Counted from the first letter of the stretch, positions 47,561-57,509 are shown. The stretch: 62,202 nt of DNA from Myxococcota bacterium (GCA_036337435.1 JAYZEG010000002.1:1-62202), one strand, 5' to 3'. Translations and numbers: made by a program. The notes: generated from the letters alone by a model not told the origin.

Positions 47561-48457
47561 ATGTCCAACGAAACAAAAAACACATCGATCATATCCAAAT
47601 CGGACTTGGTTAAAGTAGGCATAAGCTGCCAAAATTCATCAAATATCCAAGATGTTATTCATGGAATATCTGAACCAATATTGAGCATCCCCGGCGTGGG
47701 AGCAATCGCCGTCGCGATCCATGCAGGCCGAAATAACTATTTGGTCTATTCACGGACCAACGGTCACATCGATTCAGGGATCGCCCTGATCATCAATGAC
47801 CAAATTCATCGCCATCTAGAAGAGGTTTCCGGGCAACGCCAAATTAACTGCCACAGTCGAACCCTTCCGTCTCGACTGGTCAATTCCAACAGCAGCAGTC
47901 CAAGAGCACTTTGGAGTGTCGCCCTCGGCGATGAAAACCAGCCATCCGGCAGTCTGATCATCTTTACAGAAGACCGAGGCTTATTCTCCGCTGATGACCT
48001 CATCGACTTTCGCCAACTAGGACGTCTTGCAGGCAGTGCAATTGAACAGTTTACTGGCGATATCATCATACCGGACGATGATATTCTTCAAGCACCTCAA
48101 GCCCCAGTTTTATATTTTCAGGTCCAGCACTTAGCGGCAATTGAGGCCGTCTTCGGAGAAGACCAAGTCAACACCGTTATGAACACAGTGACTGACCGGA
48201 TCGCTCGTGCTGTTCCATCCGTTGCGGTGATTGCGAGGCTCGGTTCAGGCGCAATTGCAGTGGTCTTGGCCGACGCTAGAGTTGACACAAGCGAATTGGC
48301 TGGAGCGTGTCTACGAGCATGTCGTGACATTGCAATCGAAGAAAAAGTGCTGATCCAAATGACGTCATCCACAGCGATTCCCACGGAGGGTGGTCTAGGA
48401 GGAATCGATCCATTGACTCCGCCAGCGATCGGGAAAGTCCTCTCTGAAACAGCATAG
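47561..48457 (+). CDS. GAF-like domain plus degenerate GGDEF-like domain
   Basis: VLYFQVQHLAAIEAVFGEDQVNTVM..V..RI...V....VIARLGSGAIAVVL aligns with the GGDEF fold, with GSGAI in place of GGDEF. GAGGAG RBS. Confidence 0.65.
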   Translation: MSNETKNTSIISKSDLVKVGISCQNSSNIQDVIHGISEPILSIPGVGAIAVAIHAGRNNYLVYSRTNGHIDSGIALIINDQIHRHLEEVSGQRQINCHSRTLPSRLVNSNSSSPRALWSVALGDENQPSGSLIIFTEDRGLFSADDLIDFRQLGRLAGSAIEQFTGDIIIPDDDILQAPQAPVLYFQVQHLAAIEAVFGEDQVNTVMNTVTDRIARAVPSVAVIARLGSGAIAVVLADARVDTSELAGACLRACRDIAIEEKVLIQMTSSTAIPTEGGLGGIDPLTPPAIGKVLSETA

Positions 48458-48690
48458 AGTCTACCCCTGCCCATTGGCTGCCCATTTACTCGCGTGAAGA
48501 GTTGCCACCATCCAGCCTTTCAAGATGGTGCACCCTGATGCAAATCAAACAACTGCAATTCCCAGTGAATTTTCCACGGCTTTTCACATCTACCCAACTG
48601 GCCGAGTTTGCCGACAAGCAATTTGTCGCTTATCGTAAGCAGAATCGTCCACACATCGTGTGTCGACTAGAAAGCAAAGGGGTGTGATTT

Positions 48691-49236
48691 GTGATTGTTC
48701 GCTATAACCACCTGGGTTTGATTGCATTCGTCATGCTTAGCTTGATGGTGCAAACGGCCCTTGGTCAACCCATCGATTCCAAGCAAGCGGACGTAGGCCT
48801 CCAAGTTTTCTTGGTGGAAGATAAAACCATCGCAGGCGCAGACTTCAGCTTTGCGTCCTCCAACTTAGGAATTCATACCAGTTTCAGCATCGTGACAGCC
48901 GATGCCGACGCACCCCGCCACAATATCGACAATGAGTGGGTCGGCAGCCTTTTCGGATTGCATTTCTTCGGGCGCGTCCCAATCGCACCAACGATGGAGG
49001 CACGAATCGGCACCGGACTCGATAGTTGGCTCCTACATGGGATTGCGGCCGGCGAAAACAAGTATGCATGGCCGGCCTATGGAGAGCTTAGGTTTATGCC
49101 CACCGCAACATCGGCTGCCTTCCTCAGGGGCCGTTATTACATCCTTAGCAGCGATGGTCTCGACGTCGGGGAGGATTACCAAGGACGCCAACACAAAGAA
49201 ATCTTATTCAGTGCTGGAGTCTCGTATGTGTTCTAG
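48691..49236 (+). CDS. Small outer-membrane beta-barrel protein
   Basis: Signal peptide, alternating amphipathic strands and a C-terminal GVSYVF beta-signal. Confidence 0.7.
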   Translation: MIVRYNHLGLIAFVMLSLMVQTALGQPIDSKQADVGLQVFLVEDKTIAGADFSFASSNLGIHTSFSIVTADADAPRHNIDNEWVGSLFGLHFFGRVPIAPTMEARIGTGLDSWLLHGIAAGENKYAWPAYGELRFMPTATSAAFLRGRYYILSSDGLDVGEDYQGRQHKEILFSAGVSYVF

Positions 49237-49711
49237 GCCAAACTGTTTTAAAGTGGCGTCTTTCTTGGCGGCCTTTGTCACAATCAGCTTATCGGCATGC
49301 CAGCCGGTTACTTTATCCCATGAAGGCCGGATCGACTTTTTTCAATATCGGTCAGTTTACGTACAGCCGATTGCCTTGAGTGGCGATGCGGTTTTCCCCG
49401 ACTTAGATTCAGCGACTCAGCTCTACCTCATCAATGAACTGCGGACAATATCTGGCTTCAGAGACGTCACCGGAGTCGATACTCTGACGTCGGATTCGAT
49501 TTTGATCGTCGACATGCAAGTCGACGCAATGGATGATTTTTCAAGGCAGGACATCGAATATCGTGCGATCGCTTCGTTTCAACTCATACGCCACAGTGGT
49601 GGCTTGCTCGCGCGCGGAGAATTTTCGTCGACCAACATCGATATATTGGAAGCCCAAGAGGATGCTCTTGACGAAATCGCACTCTATTTCCTGAAGCCAT
49701 CTCGACTCTAG
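49226..49711 (+). CDS. Lipoprotein of unknown function, co-transcribed with the beta-barrel gene
   Basis: LSAC lipobox. The start overlaps the previous gene end. ORF start 48902 rejected. Confidence 0.65.
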   Translation: MCSRPNCFKVASFLAAFVTISLSACQPVTLSHEGRIDFFQYRSVYVQPIALSGDAVFPDLDSATQLYLINELRTISGFRDVTGVDTLTSDSILIVDMQVDAMDDFSRQDIEYRAIASFQLIRHSGGLLARGEFSSTNIDILEAQEDALDEIALYFLKPSRL

Positions 49712-49728
49712 CGGCACGTTATCTGACA

Positions 49729-51399
49729 TCATTGCGGGGGGGCCCAGTCGATGGCACCCACTCGAACCATCAAGGCATTGTACCAATCGGCAAATGTATC
49801 ATCAGTCGCCGGGAAGGTTGGGATGAAAACATCATTTATGCGCGCCTCATCAAAAGACCAGATCCGTGTGGCTTTGGCTAGAGCCAAGGGGAGCAAAAAA
49901 GCACCTGCGTTGTCGTCCGAGTTGGTCGCTGCGAAGTCAGAATTTAATGCGAATTCGTTGCTATCGCCTCGCTGGTATTCGGCAAACATAATCTGCTGAT
50001 ATTGTACCCGTTTGAGCGTACCCAAACCAAACCGATATTGTAGGGTGTTAATCCCGGCTGTCCGATCCGGGGCAACCAAAGATTCGAAGCCTTCGGAGCG
50101 ACTGTTATCGAAATGAGCACTGTCTGTAATTACGGCGTCCCCCCAAACGATGGAACGCCTGTCCGCAGAGAGATGCCCCTCGATGAGTTCACGCTCGTCG
50201 CCACGGTCAACAATGACACGAACTCGATCTTGCCCAACCAGTTCAACGCTGGGATTTCGACCATCGATGAAATGCCTAGCAGCAAACCAGGTGATGGTGA
50301 AATCAGGGTTCAGATGTCCTATGGCACCGTACACGCGCTCTGAATTACGGTGGGTTCTGTGGATATCAAAGATGATTCCACTATCGTTGACGACAACAGC
50401 AGGCTCTTGCCCTGTGTCATATTGTCCGTGATGCCACCAATCGATGGTTTCATCATCTCGCTTAAACCCGGTCCAAAACCACAATTCGTTTTGAAATGAC
50501 GCGTGGATTTGAACAACCCGACCGAGAGAATTGATGGACAATGTCGGGTCTTGCCCAACGTCGCGCCAATAAAGTTGGGTATCCGTTCGGTTGCCTGACA
50601 GGACGATGATAATTCGGTCTCTCAACTCCCCTATGGAGGGCCATCCTACCGCCTGCATGTCCATTGCCTTAAACAATTTATGGCCGAAGACATCGAGCAG
50701 TGCCCGATTGAGCGCACCTAAATTACCTTGATGAGGACCACGCCGGTCGCTCAGCGTATCCTTCAAATCAATCAATAAAGTAATCGGCGCGTGTCCACGG
50801 TTCGAGTTAGACCAATCTTGAATCAGCTGTAACCACGGTCTGAGGCGGTCGGTGTCCGGGTTACCATCCAAGCGGTCGGCAACTTCACTTCCCGGCCTCC
50901 AATGGCCTATCCGCCAATCGTCACCAAAATCATCGTAGCCATCGACATGGACATCCAATTCGAGCATGCGGATACCGACATTGAGCTGCTCGGTCAGACT
51001 ACCGCGAGTGCCTCCAGAGTAGGAATTATGGGTCGCTCCAAAAATCACGCTCGGATACGAGCGCGACCAATATCCGCTGTCGGCAACGCGGTCTGCATCG
51101 ACCATCGCATCCGACACCTCAGCATCAACCATCGCATCCGGCACCGCAGCATCAACCGCCAAGACATCACTGAGGGCCGCATCCAGGCCATTCTGAATCG
51201 GACCAGCATCCATCAATGCGCCGGCAATATCAGCATCTAGGACGACCGATTGGTCCTCAATTCGCAGGCTGTGTACATCTGGTCGGGCATCCAGTTCTAC
51301 ATTCATATCCATTGAGTTAGGCAAGGTACTCAACGTCGGCGGATCATTAACACAACCGCAAAGGCTCAAGCCTAACGAGAGAGCCAAGAAGAATTTCAT
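49729..51399 (-). CDS. PI-PLC X-domain-like phosphodiesterase lipoprotein
   Basis: LCGC lipobox. ATHNSY, QLNVGIRMLELDVH, IGH, H.PITLLIDLKD and WP....LR.RII motifs. Confidence 0.82.
   Translation of the reverse strand: MKFFLALSLGLSLCGCVNDPPTLSTLPNSMDMNVELDARPDVHSLRIEDQSVVLDADIAGALMDAGPIQNGLDAALSDVLAVDAAVPDAMVDAEVSDAMVDADRVADSGYWSRSYPSVIFGATHNSYSGGTRGSLTEQLNVGIRMLELDVHVDGYDDFGDDWRIGHWRPGSEVADRLDGNPDTDRLRPWLQLIQDWSNSNRGHAPITLLIDLKDTLSDRRGPHQGNLGALNRALLDVFGHKLFKAMDMQAVGWPSIGELRDRIIIVLSGNRTDTQLYWRDVGQDPTLSINSLGRVVQIHASFQNELWFWTGFKRDDETIDWWHHGQYDTGQEPAVVVNDSGIIFDIHRTHRNSERVYGAIGHLNPDFTITWFAARHFIDGRNPSVELVGQDRVRVIVDRGDERELIEGHLSADRRSIVWGDAVITDSAHFDNSRSEGFESLVAPDRTAGINTLQYRFGLGTLKRVQYQQIMFAEYQRGDSNEFALNSDFAATNSDDNAGAFLLPLALAKATRIWSFDEARINDVFIPTFPATDDTFADWYNALMVRVGAIDWAPPQ
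51095..51157 (-). repeat. 27-bp imperfect tandem repeat in the acidic linker
   Basis: Two copies with three mismatches plus a partial third. Encodes DAAVPDAMV/DAEVSDAMV. Confidence 0.75.
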
Positions 51400-51467
51400 C
51401 GGAGTCCACATAAACCAACTGCGCGTCAACCACGAGGCCACTATAACACAGAGTGCGGAGTTCGTAC

Positions 51468-52406
51468 TCAGGGGAATCGAGTTTGCCCCACGGGGTTTTC
51501 AATCAGAAATATGTCGGCCTGTTCATTGGACACAAATAACTGCTCCCCTGCCCAACTGATCGCCTCAACCTGCTGCATCTCACGTCGCCCAAGTTCGATG
51601 GTCCCGATTAATGTCCCGAGAAAATTATCAGTCTGTCTGGTTCGCTGAAAAATATAAATTGCGTAATATGTAAGCACAGCGATTCGCTCACCATCGTCAT
51701 GGATGGCTGCACCCGTCACCAGCCCTCGGCCTTTCTTATCCCCGTCGAGCACTGTCTTTGCGACCATCGTCAGCGTGTGCGGCTCTGCATGCGCCTCGAC
51801 CGAATCAAACCGATACAAGGTCGTTGAGCGGTCACTTCGATGTTTCGTCAGCAGAAATAAGGTTGAGCGTTCAAGCTGGTGACTGTGTCCCCAGAATAAT
51901 GCTTCGGCATCATAGTTTCGATGTTTTGGTGGGAACTCCGTCTGGTCAGGATATTTAAATTTGATGGTTCGATGAACGGGAATCGTCATACGACGTATTT
52001 GGTCGGCGGTAGACTGCACTTTAGGTTCGACGAGGACGTGAATCGACAAATCCCGTCGGTGATTTCCATTATTCCCAAAATCTGCAATGTAAAGCAGGCC
52101 CCGGTCATCTGCCGTCACGGCCTCCCAATCGACGGACGAGGCACCGAGCAACTCGACTTCGGCCAGCAGTCGTCCATGCGCTGTAGTCGCATACAAAACG
52201 GGGTCCGCCCCCGAGTCATTATGAGTCCAAAACACGCCGATATTCTTACGGCTTCTGGCAAGGCCCGACGCTTCAGGTAAGACGGCTCGGTCGTATCGAC
52301 CGAAGGCTTTCTTCGATGTCCGCCCGCCCCCTGAATCTACAAAATAAATGGCAGCCACTATGACACAAAAGGTGACCGCAACCACAGGAAGCCTAGGCAC
52401 CTTCAT
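51468..52406 (-). CDS. Exported beta-propeller protein (phytase-like/SdiA-regulated-like)
   Basis: EASGLA.S, WTHNDSG, DWEAVT, LYIADFGNN and YDAEAL motifs with an N-terminal TM segment. Confidence 0.75.
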   Translation of the reverse strand: MKVPRLPVVAVTFCVIVAAIYFVDSGGGRTSKKAFGRYDRAVLPEASGLARSRKNIGVFWTHNDSGADPVLYATTAHGRLLAEVELLGASSVDWEAVTADDRGLLYIADFGNNGNHRRDLSIHVLVEPKVQSTADQIRRMTIPVHRTIKFKYPDQTEFPPKHRNYDAEALFWGHSHQLERSTLFLLTKHRSDRSTTLYRFDSVEAHAEPHTLTMVAKTVLDGDKKGRGLVTGAAIHDDGERIAVLTYYAIYIFQRTRQTDNFLGTLIGTIELGRREMQQVEAISWAGEQLFVSNEQADIFLIENPVGQTRFP

Positions 52407-53614
52407 TGCTCGTTTACCACTCGGCTCTCTCCTTGATTTTTAAGCTTCGCCATCAAAGCATCGTAATCATCCGGGGTAACTTGTACCCATCTTTCACGCT
52501 TCAGTTTCCGATCAATTTCACCGGAATGAAGCCTGAGACTTGTTACGTGTAAGCCTGCCGGCGAAAAGATGTGTGCACGATTGCGCTTCCCTATGACGAC
52601 ATAGGTTTTGTGACGCTTGTCGTACAGGACGCGTTCCAGGGGAACGCGTTTTGTATCATCCCAGGCGGTTCGTGTCGGCCGTTGGCCTGACAAATGTCGC
52701 TCTCGGGCATGCTGAGTCCGTCGAGTCTGACTCGAGAAAATTTGACTCACGTCTCGCTTCAAGGTCCTAAGGGTCTTCTCAATGAAAACTGAACGACGTT
52801 CTTGGTCAGTGCCAGACAGAGTCGAGAGCTTCTGTGGGGCGGCCTGCAAGCGCGCCTGCGTTTTTGAAATCAGTCGTCGCAAACGCTCTGCTGTGGCTCG
52901 CCCGCCGCGAGTTTTCGACGCTGCATCAGCGATTTCGTTTACAGTGAAACCTATCAAATTTAAGCAGTATTCGACATCACCACTGTTCGTGTTCACGCTC
53001 AAGACTTGAATTGTGAGGGTACGCTTGTCGTCATGGGTCGAAGAGACCTCAAGGTGAGGATTAAGTAGCCCGACGACAACCTGGCCCAACACGCGTCGGG
53101 TGCCCTGGCCTTCTGTGAATTGTGGTAACCGCTCATCACTCAACTGTTCGTCCGTTAAGTCCATCACAACAATGGATGGCTTCGGGGTAAACAATTTATC
53201 CATACCCGGCGGTCTAAACTTGAGGCAGATGTCTAATAGGCCCTGCCAAGTTGGCTTACCCGTCGCAGTGTAGCCGGCGAAGGTTTGTCTTGGGTCAGTT
53301 GGCCGCGAGTGTCCACAGCCGTCGGTCTTGCATTGAAAACACCATAAAATGCCATGTTGGTGTTCTGGAACCGATGCCCGGTTGGATGCAAATGCAGATG
53401 AAATAAGCGTGTCGGCCGAACGATGCCATAACGCGCTGTCATCCTCCCCGACAGACAGGTCAAAACAAATGCGATTGGGGTTCTCTTGCCCTCGGCGCGC
53501 GGCTTCGCTTTTGAGAGCTCGGTGAATGGTCCGCAAGGCACGAGCAATTCGGTCGCGGGGCTGTTCTTTCTGAACTCGGTTCCTCGACGTTTTATGCGCC
53601 GCCATGTACACCAA
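52403..53614 (-). CDS. Conserved-looking hypothetical protein with a CxxC-x4-C-x-H motif
   Basis: WCFQCKTDGCGHSRP motif and a basic C-terminal region. Overlaps the next start by 4 nt. Confidence 0.75.
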   Translation of the reverse strand: MVYMAAHKTSRNRVQKEQPRDRIARALRTIHRALKSEAARRGQENPNRICFDLSVGEDDSALWHRSADTLISSAFASNRASVPEHQHGILWCFQCKTDGCGHSRPTDPRQTFAGYTATGKPTWQGLLDICLKFRPPGMDKLFTPKPSIVVMDLTDEQLSDERLPQFTEGQGTRRVLGQVVVGLLNPHLEVSSTHDDKRTLTIQVLSVNTNSGDVEYCLNLIGFTVNEIADAASKTRGGRATAERLRRLISKTQARLQAAPQKLSTLSGTDQERRSVFIEKTLRTLKRDVSQIFSSQTRRTQHARERHLSGQRPTRTAWDDTKRVPLERVLYDKRHKTYVVIGKRNRAHIFSPAGLHVTSLRLHSGEIDRKLKRERWVQVTPDDYDALMAKLKNQGESRVVNEQ

Positions 53615-53770
53615 CCTTTCCTCCCTGTTTTAGCGATTATTTCGGCGTTGCTCAACGCTCGCGAGCAAAGAATCCATCGGCCATCAGGCAGCACATGCGA
53701 TAATCGTCGTTGCATCACAGGCCAAAATCTAAATAGATTAGCCGTAAACTAAACCATGAGGTGAATCCCA

Positions 53771-54832
53771 ATGGCTAGTTCGGAATCACGCTTTGCCGTC
53801 GTCTCTGCGATGGTTGGAAATACTGTTGTGGCCATGGCCAAATTTGTGGCCTTTGCAATGACCGGTTCGGGCTCCATTTTGTCAGAAGCGATTCATAGTG
53901 TCGCTGACGTAATGAATCAGGCCTTGTTATATCTTGGGGTCATTAAGTCGTCGAAGTCGGCAGACTCGACGTACCAATATGGCTATGGTCGCGAACGATT
54001 CGTCTGGTCACTCATGAGTGCGGTAGGGATCTTTTTCTTGGGGTGTGGCGTGAGTCTTTACCACGGCGTTCATTCGGTCCTGCATCCAAAGGAGGCGACT
54101 GGCATTGCATGGGCTGTGGGCGTACTCATTTTCGCATTGGTCGTAGAGGCACTGATTCTGTTTTTGGCTGCACGAGCCCTCTGGTCGCTTAAGGGAGAGC
54201 GTTCTTTTCTCGACTATCTCAAAACAGACGCTGACCCACCCGCCGTCGCCGTTCTACTCGAGGATGCGGCTGCCTGCGTAGGTGTTTTAATCGCCCTCGC
54301 TTGCATTAGTTTAAGCCATTGGACAGGCGATCCCCGCTGGGATGCTCTTGGTTCCATCCTGATCGGGTTACTCCTGGGATGGGTCGCAATTTGGCTCATC
54401 GCACGCAACCGTGAATTACTCCTAGGTCGAGCAATACCAAAAGAGGCAGAGGCGAAGATTAAGGCCTATCTGAGCACCCAGCCGAGTATTGCGGAGGTCA
54501 TGAGTCTGAAGAGTGACATGATCGATACCGAAACCTACGATCTACAGCTGGGATTGCGCTTCAACAGTGGATATTTGGCTGATTTAAACCAGGGTTCTGT
54601 GAAACTCGCTTGGAACAAAGGACTCAAAACAGAAGCTGACCTAGACGCCTTTGCACGGCAGCATACGGATGATGTCGTCCGGACACTCGGTCGAGAAGTT
54701 GACCGTATCGAGATCGATATTCAGGCTCTCGTCCCGAGGTTGAAACATATTGACATCGAACCAGAGCTGGCCCCTGCCCACTCATTGACCTCCGATGGTG
54801 ATCAACTCAGTGATGACTCGAAGTTTGAGTGA
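53771..54832 (+). CDS. Cation diffusion facilitator transporter (ZnT9-like)
   Basis: SEAIHSVAD..NQ, YGYGRERFVW and VLLED motifs with six hydrophobic segments. Confidence 0.92.
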   Translation: MASSESRFAVVSAMVGNTVVAMAKFVAFAMTGSGSILSEAIHSVADVMNQALLYLGVIKSSKSADSTYQYGYGRERFVWSLMSAVGIFFLGCGVSLYHGVHSVLHPKEATGIAWAVGVLIFALVVEALILFLAARALWSLKGERSFLDYLKTDADPPAVAVLLEDAAACVGVLIALACISLSHWTGDPRWDALGSILIGLLLGWVAIWLIARNRELLLGRAIPKEAEAKIKAYLSTQPSIAEVMSLKSDMIDTETYDLQLGLRFNSGYLADLNQGSVKLAWNKGLKTEADLDAFARQHTDDVVRTLGREVDRIEIDIQALVPRLKHIDIEPELAPAHSLTSDGDQLSDDSKFE

Positions 54833-56602
54833 GGGCTTGTGGGCGTCTTTCAAAGCTGACTCAATTTCTGCGGCGACTGCCGGGGAAAATCGAGACTCAC
54901 CACGGACTTTCAAGATCACCCAGTCACCTCGTTTTTCAAGCGCGCCCAGTTCATAACCAGCGCCCTCAACCATCTGCTTTACTTGACCGGACAAACCTGC
55001 GTTCGGCCGTTCTGCAATACCCCATAGAAACGAACTTAAGGGCACCGCCAATAGCAGGGTCGCAAAGACCAGCGCCAAGATGAAACGAGAGGACCAAGAC
55101 CGCAGGTCGTTTCGACCGCGCAGGCCAAAACTGTAAAAAGCGCAGGTTGCTCCGACGATGATAGACAAAACGTTAGTCCCGAAAAGTAAAACTGCACCCG
55201 CACCAACCTGAAACTCGCCGAGGGCAAAACACAAACCAGCGGTGGCAATGGGAGGCACTAATGCTGCCGCGATCGCGACCCCCGGCAGTGCTGCACTGAG
55301 ATGGGTTCTTGCATAAGCATAGGCAGCTGCAAAGCCGGAGATAAGCGCGACACCGAGGTCAAGTAAATTCGGGGCACCACGGGCGGACATCTCACTGGTC
55401 AGAACCTTGACAGGACTCAGGACTCCAACGATGACCCCCAGTGTTAAGGCCATCAAAAACCCAAGGAAAATCGACTTCATCGACTCTTTCAAAAGTCTGG
55501 GATTCCCCTGCAGTAAAGCCAAGCCAGCACCCAGCATCGGCGTCATAAGTGGCGCGACCAGCATCGCGCCAATGACGACGGCCGTCGACCCCTGGAGAAG
55601 CCCAAATGCTGCGATGGTGGTCGACAATGCGATCAGCATCATAAAATCGAATCCCCATCGTGATCCGCTCTGCAAACTTTCGTAGACATCAATTCGGGCC
55701 GCGCGATCCGTTTGAGGCACCCACAAATTAAGCCATCGATCAAGCACGGGCAACACTCGTTGATGCCACCGTTTACGCTGCCTGAAGACGATAAATGGAA
55801 GCGCATCATTCGATCGATTTATGCGGTCCCGGAGTCGGCCAAAAAGACTGCGATACATGGTCGATGGCCCAGGAACAGCCATCAACAATGCATCGTGATC
55901 TGATGCAGTTCTTGCAATTGCTTCATCCCGGTTGTCTGAGATGACCACTTTGGTTTTGAGGTGGGAGGTGCTGCCCGCCCCGATGACTCTCAGGGCTCGA
56001 TGAATGCTCTTCCGCCCAACATCTTCTCCCAATTCAACCGATGTCGGTACGACGGCAAGCACCGTTTAATCAGCGGGGTCTCCACTGATGATGGGCACTA
56101 ACTCACGTACAGCACTGTCAATGAATTCCGTCTCGGGCAAAGGAATCAAGATTCGCTTCGGCGCCTCGGTGATGCCGCCGTTACAGAGAAATAAAGGAAA
56201 GCGCGAACGGCGAACCAATTTCATCGATAAGGTTCTGTCATCATTGCGTTTAGAGCGCTCGGCTGACGCGATGACGAAACTGGGCTCAGCTCGTTCTAAT
56301 TCTGCTAAAACCGCTCGGTGAGGATGGGGTGCGATGACTTTACGTATGATCAACTCAGAGGTTTCTGGATCCTTCTGTCCAGCGGCGTACCAAGGGCGGA
56401 CCTTGGCTGAGAGAGCCAACCATACCTCATTGCTCTCGGCGTCATCCACGGCAGTTGGGTCGAGATCAGAAATTGCCTCTTCTGGACCAGCCTGTGTAAA
56501 CAAAACGAACAAACCTTCTGCTCGCGCCAGGGCCATTCTCCAGGCCCAATCGAGGCTCATCTCGACATCTGCCGTTTTTTCAACGATAACCGCGATGGCC
56601 AA
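54782..56602 (-). pseudogene. Tandem USP-like domains plus a DUF389 membrane domain, interrupted by one in-frame TAA at 56068-56066
   Basis: The two ORFs 56066..56968 and 54782..56062 are in the same frame, reading ...GDPAD*TVLAVVP. DUF389 motifs IGAMLVAPLM and GVAIAAALVPP. TTG start at 56602 with GGGAG RBS. Confidence 0.75.
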
Positions 56603-56735
56603 CTTAAAATCTCCCTGGTCTTCAAAAGGATAAAAACCAAAAGTAACGAACGGAGGCTGAAAACAATCTTTTAGCAGCCGAACCAATGTGGTCAGATGGT
56701 GCCATGGACTGACCGTCGGAGAAAAGGAGTAAACG

Positions 56736-57509
56736 GTGTCACGACCGACCGCCCTAATTACCAATGATGATGGCATTGATAGTGCCTTCTTACATGCTCT
56801 TGCTGCGGCCCATGCCGACCATTTCGACGTCTTTGTTGTTGCGCCTAAAGAGGAACAGAGCTGGGCTGGGCGCTCCTTTTCAAGGCATCGGGACGTGGCC
56901 GTTGAAAGACGGCCGGACCTGCCTTGGCCTGCATGGTCTGTCGATGGCACGCCCAGCGACTGCGTCAATCTGGCTTTTGGTCATCTCTTGGATACGCCAG
57001 TGGATATCTGTGTTTCGGGAATCAATGTTGGGTTTAACGTCACTCTGCCATTGGTGATGACGTCGGGCACCGTAGCTGCAGCACTCGAAGGGTCATTATG
57101 GGGCTGTCGGTCTGTCGCCTATTCACAAGCGGTGGACCGACGTTATTTTGACCGCGTGAAAGAAACCAAGGGGCACCTGGAGGGTGAGGTTGCCGTCGCG
57201 CGTGACCTGGCAGCCGGTCACGCAGGTCGGCTAAGTAAGGCGTTGATGGCCGAGCCAGCCGTCAACGGCGTCGTCCACAACGTCAATTTCCCATCCCGAT
57301 TGACGGCCGATACAGCCACCGAAAAAACGGGTTTAGGTCAGATGCGGCTCGGCTGCTTGTTCGCTCGAAAAGGCGAAGGATATGCATTTGCATTCCCCTC
57401 AGACCCAAGGCCCATCGGAACCAGTGAGGCGACGGATAGCGATTGTCTGAAGCGCGGCGTCATAAGCCATACGATTCTTGATTATCGCAATATCAGCCGC
57501 TCACTCTAA
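56736..57509 (+). CDS. surE: 5'/3'-nucleotidase SurE
   Basis: TNDDGI, VVAP..EQS, GTPSDCV, SGIN.G.N and SGTVAAALEG. Confidence 0.95.
   Translation: MSRPTALITNDDGIDSAFLHALAAAHADHFDVFVVAPKEEQSWAGRSFSRHRDVAVERRPDLPWPAWSVDGTPSDCVNLAFGHLLDTPVDICVSGINVGFNVTLPLVMTSGTVAAALEGSLWGCRSVAYSQAVDRRYFDRVKETKGHLEGEVAVARDLAAGHAGRLSKALMAEPAVNGVVHNVNFPSRLTADTATEKTGLGQMRLGCLFARKGEGYAFAFPSDPRPIGTSEATDSDCLKRGVISHTILDYRNISRSL

Noticed and set aside
48902..49225. N-terminal extension of the 269-aa ORF
   Set aside because: Out-of-frame overlap with the beta-barrel gene. The signal peptide starts at 49226.
56066..56068. Programmed Sec or Pyl recoding at the internal stop
   Set aside because: The codon is TAA and the expected residue is a hydrophobic strand position.
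56603..56968. N-terminal part of ORF 56066..56968
   Set aside because: It is antisense to surE. USP-like sequence starts at TTG 56602, which has an RBS.
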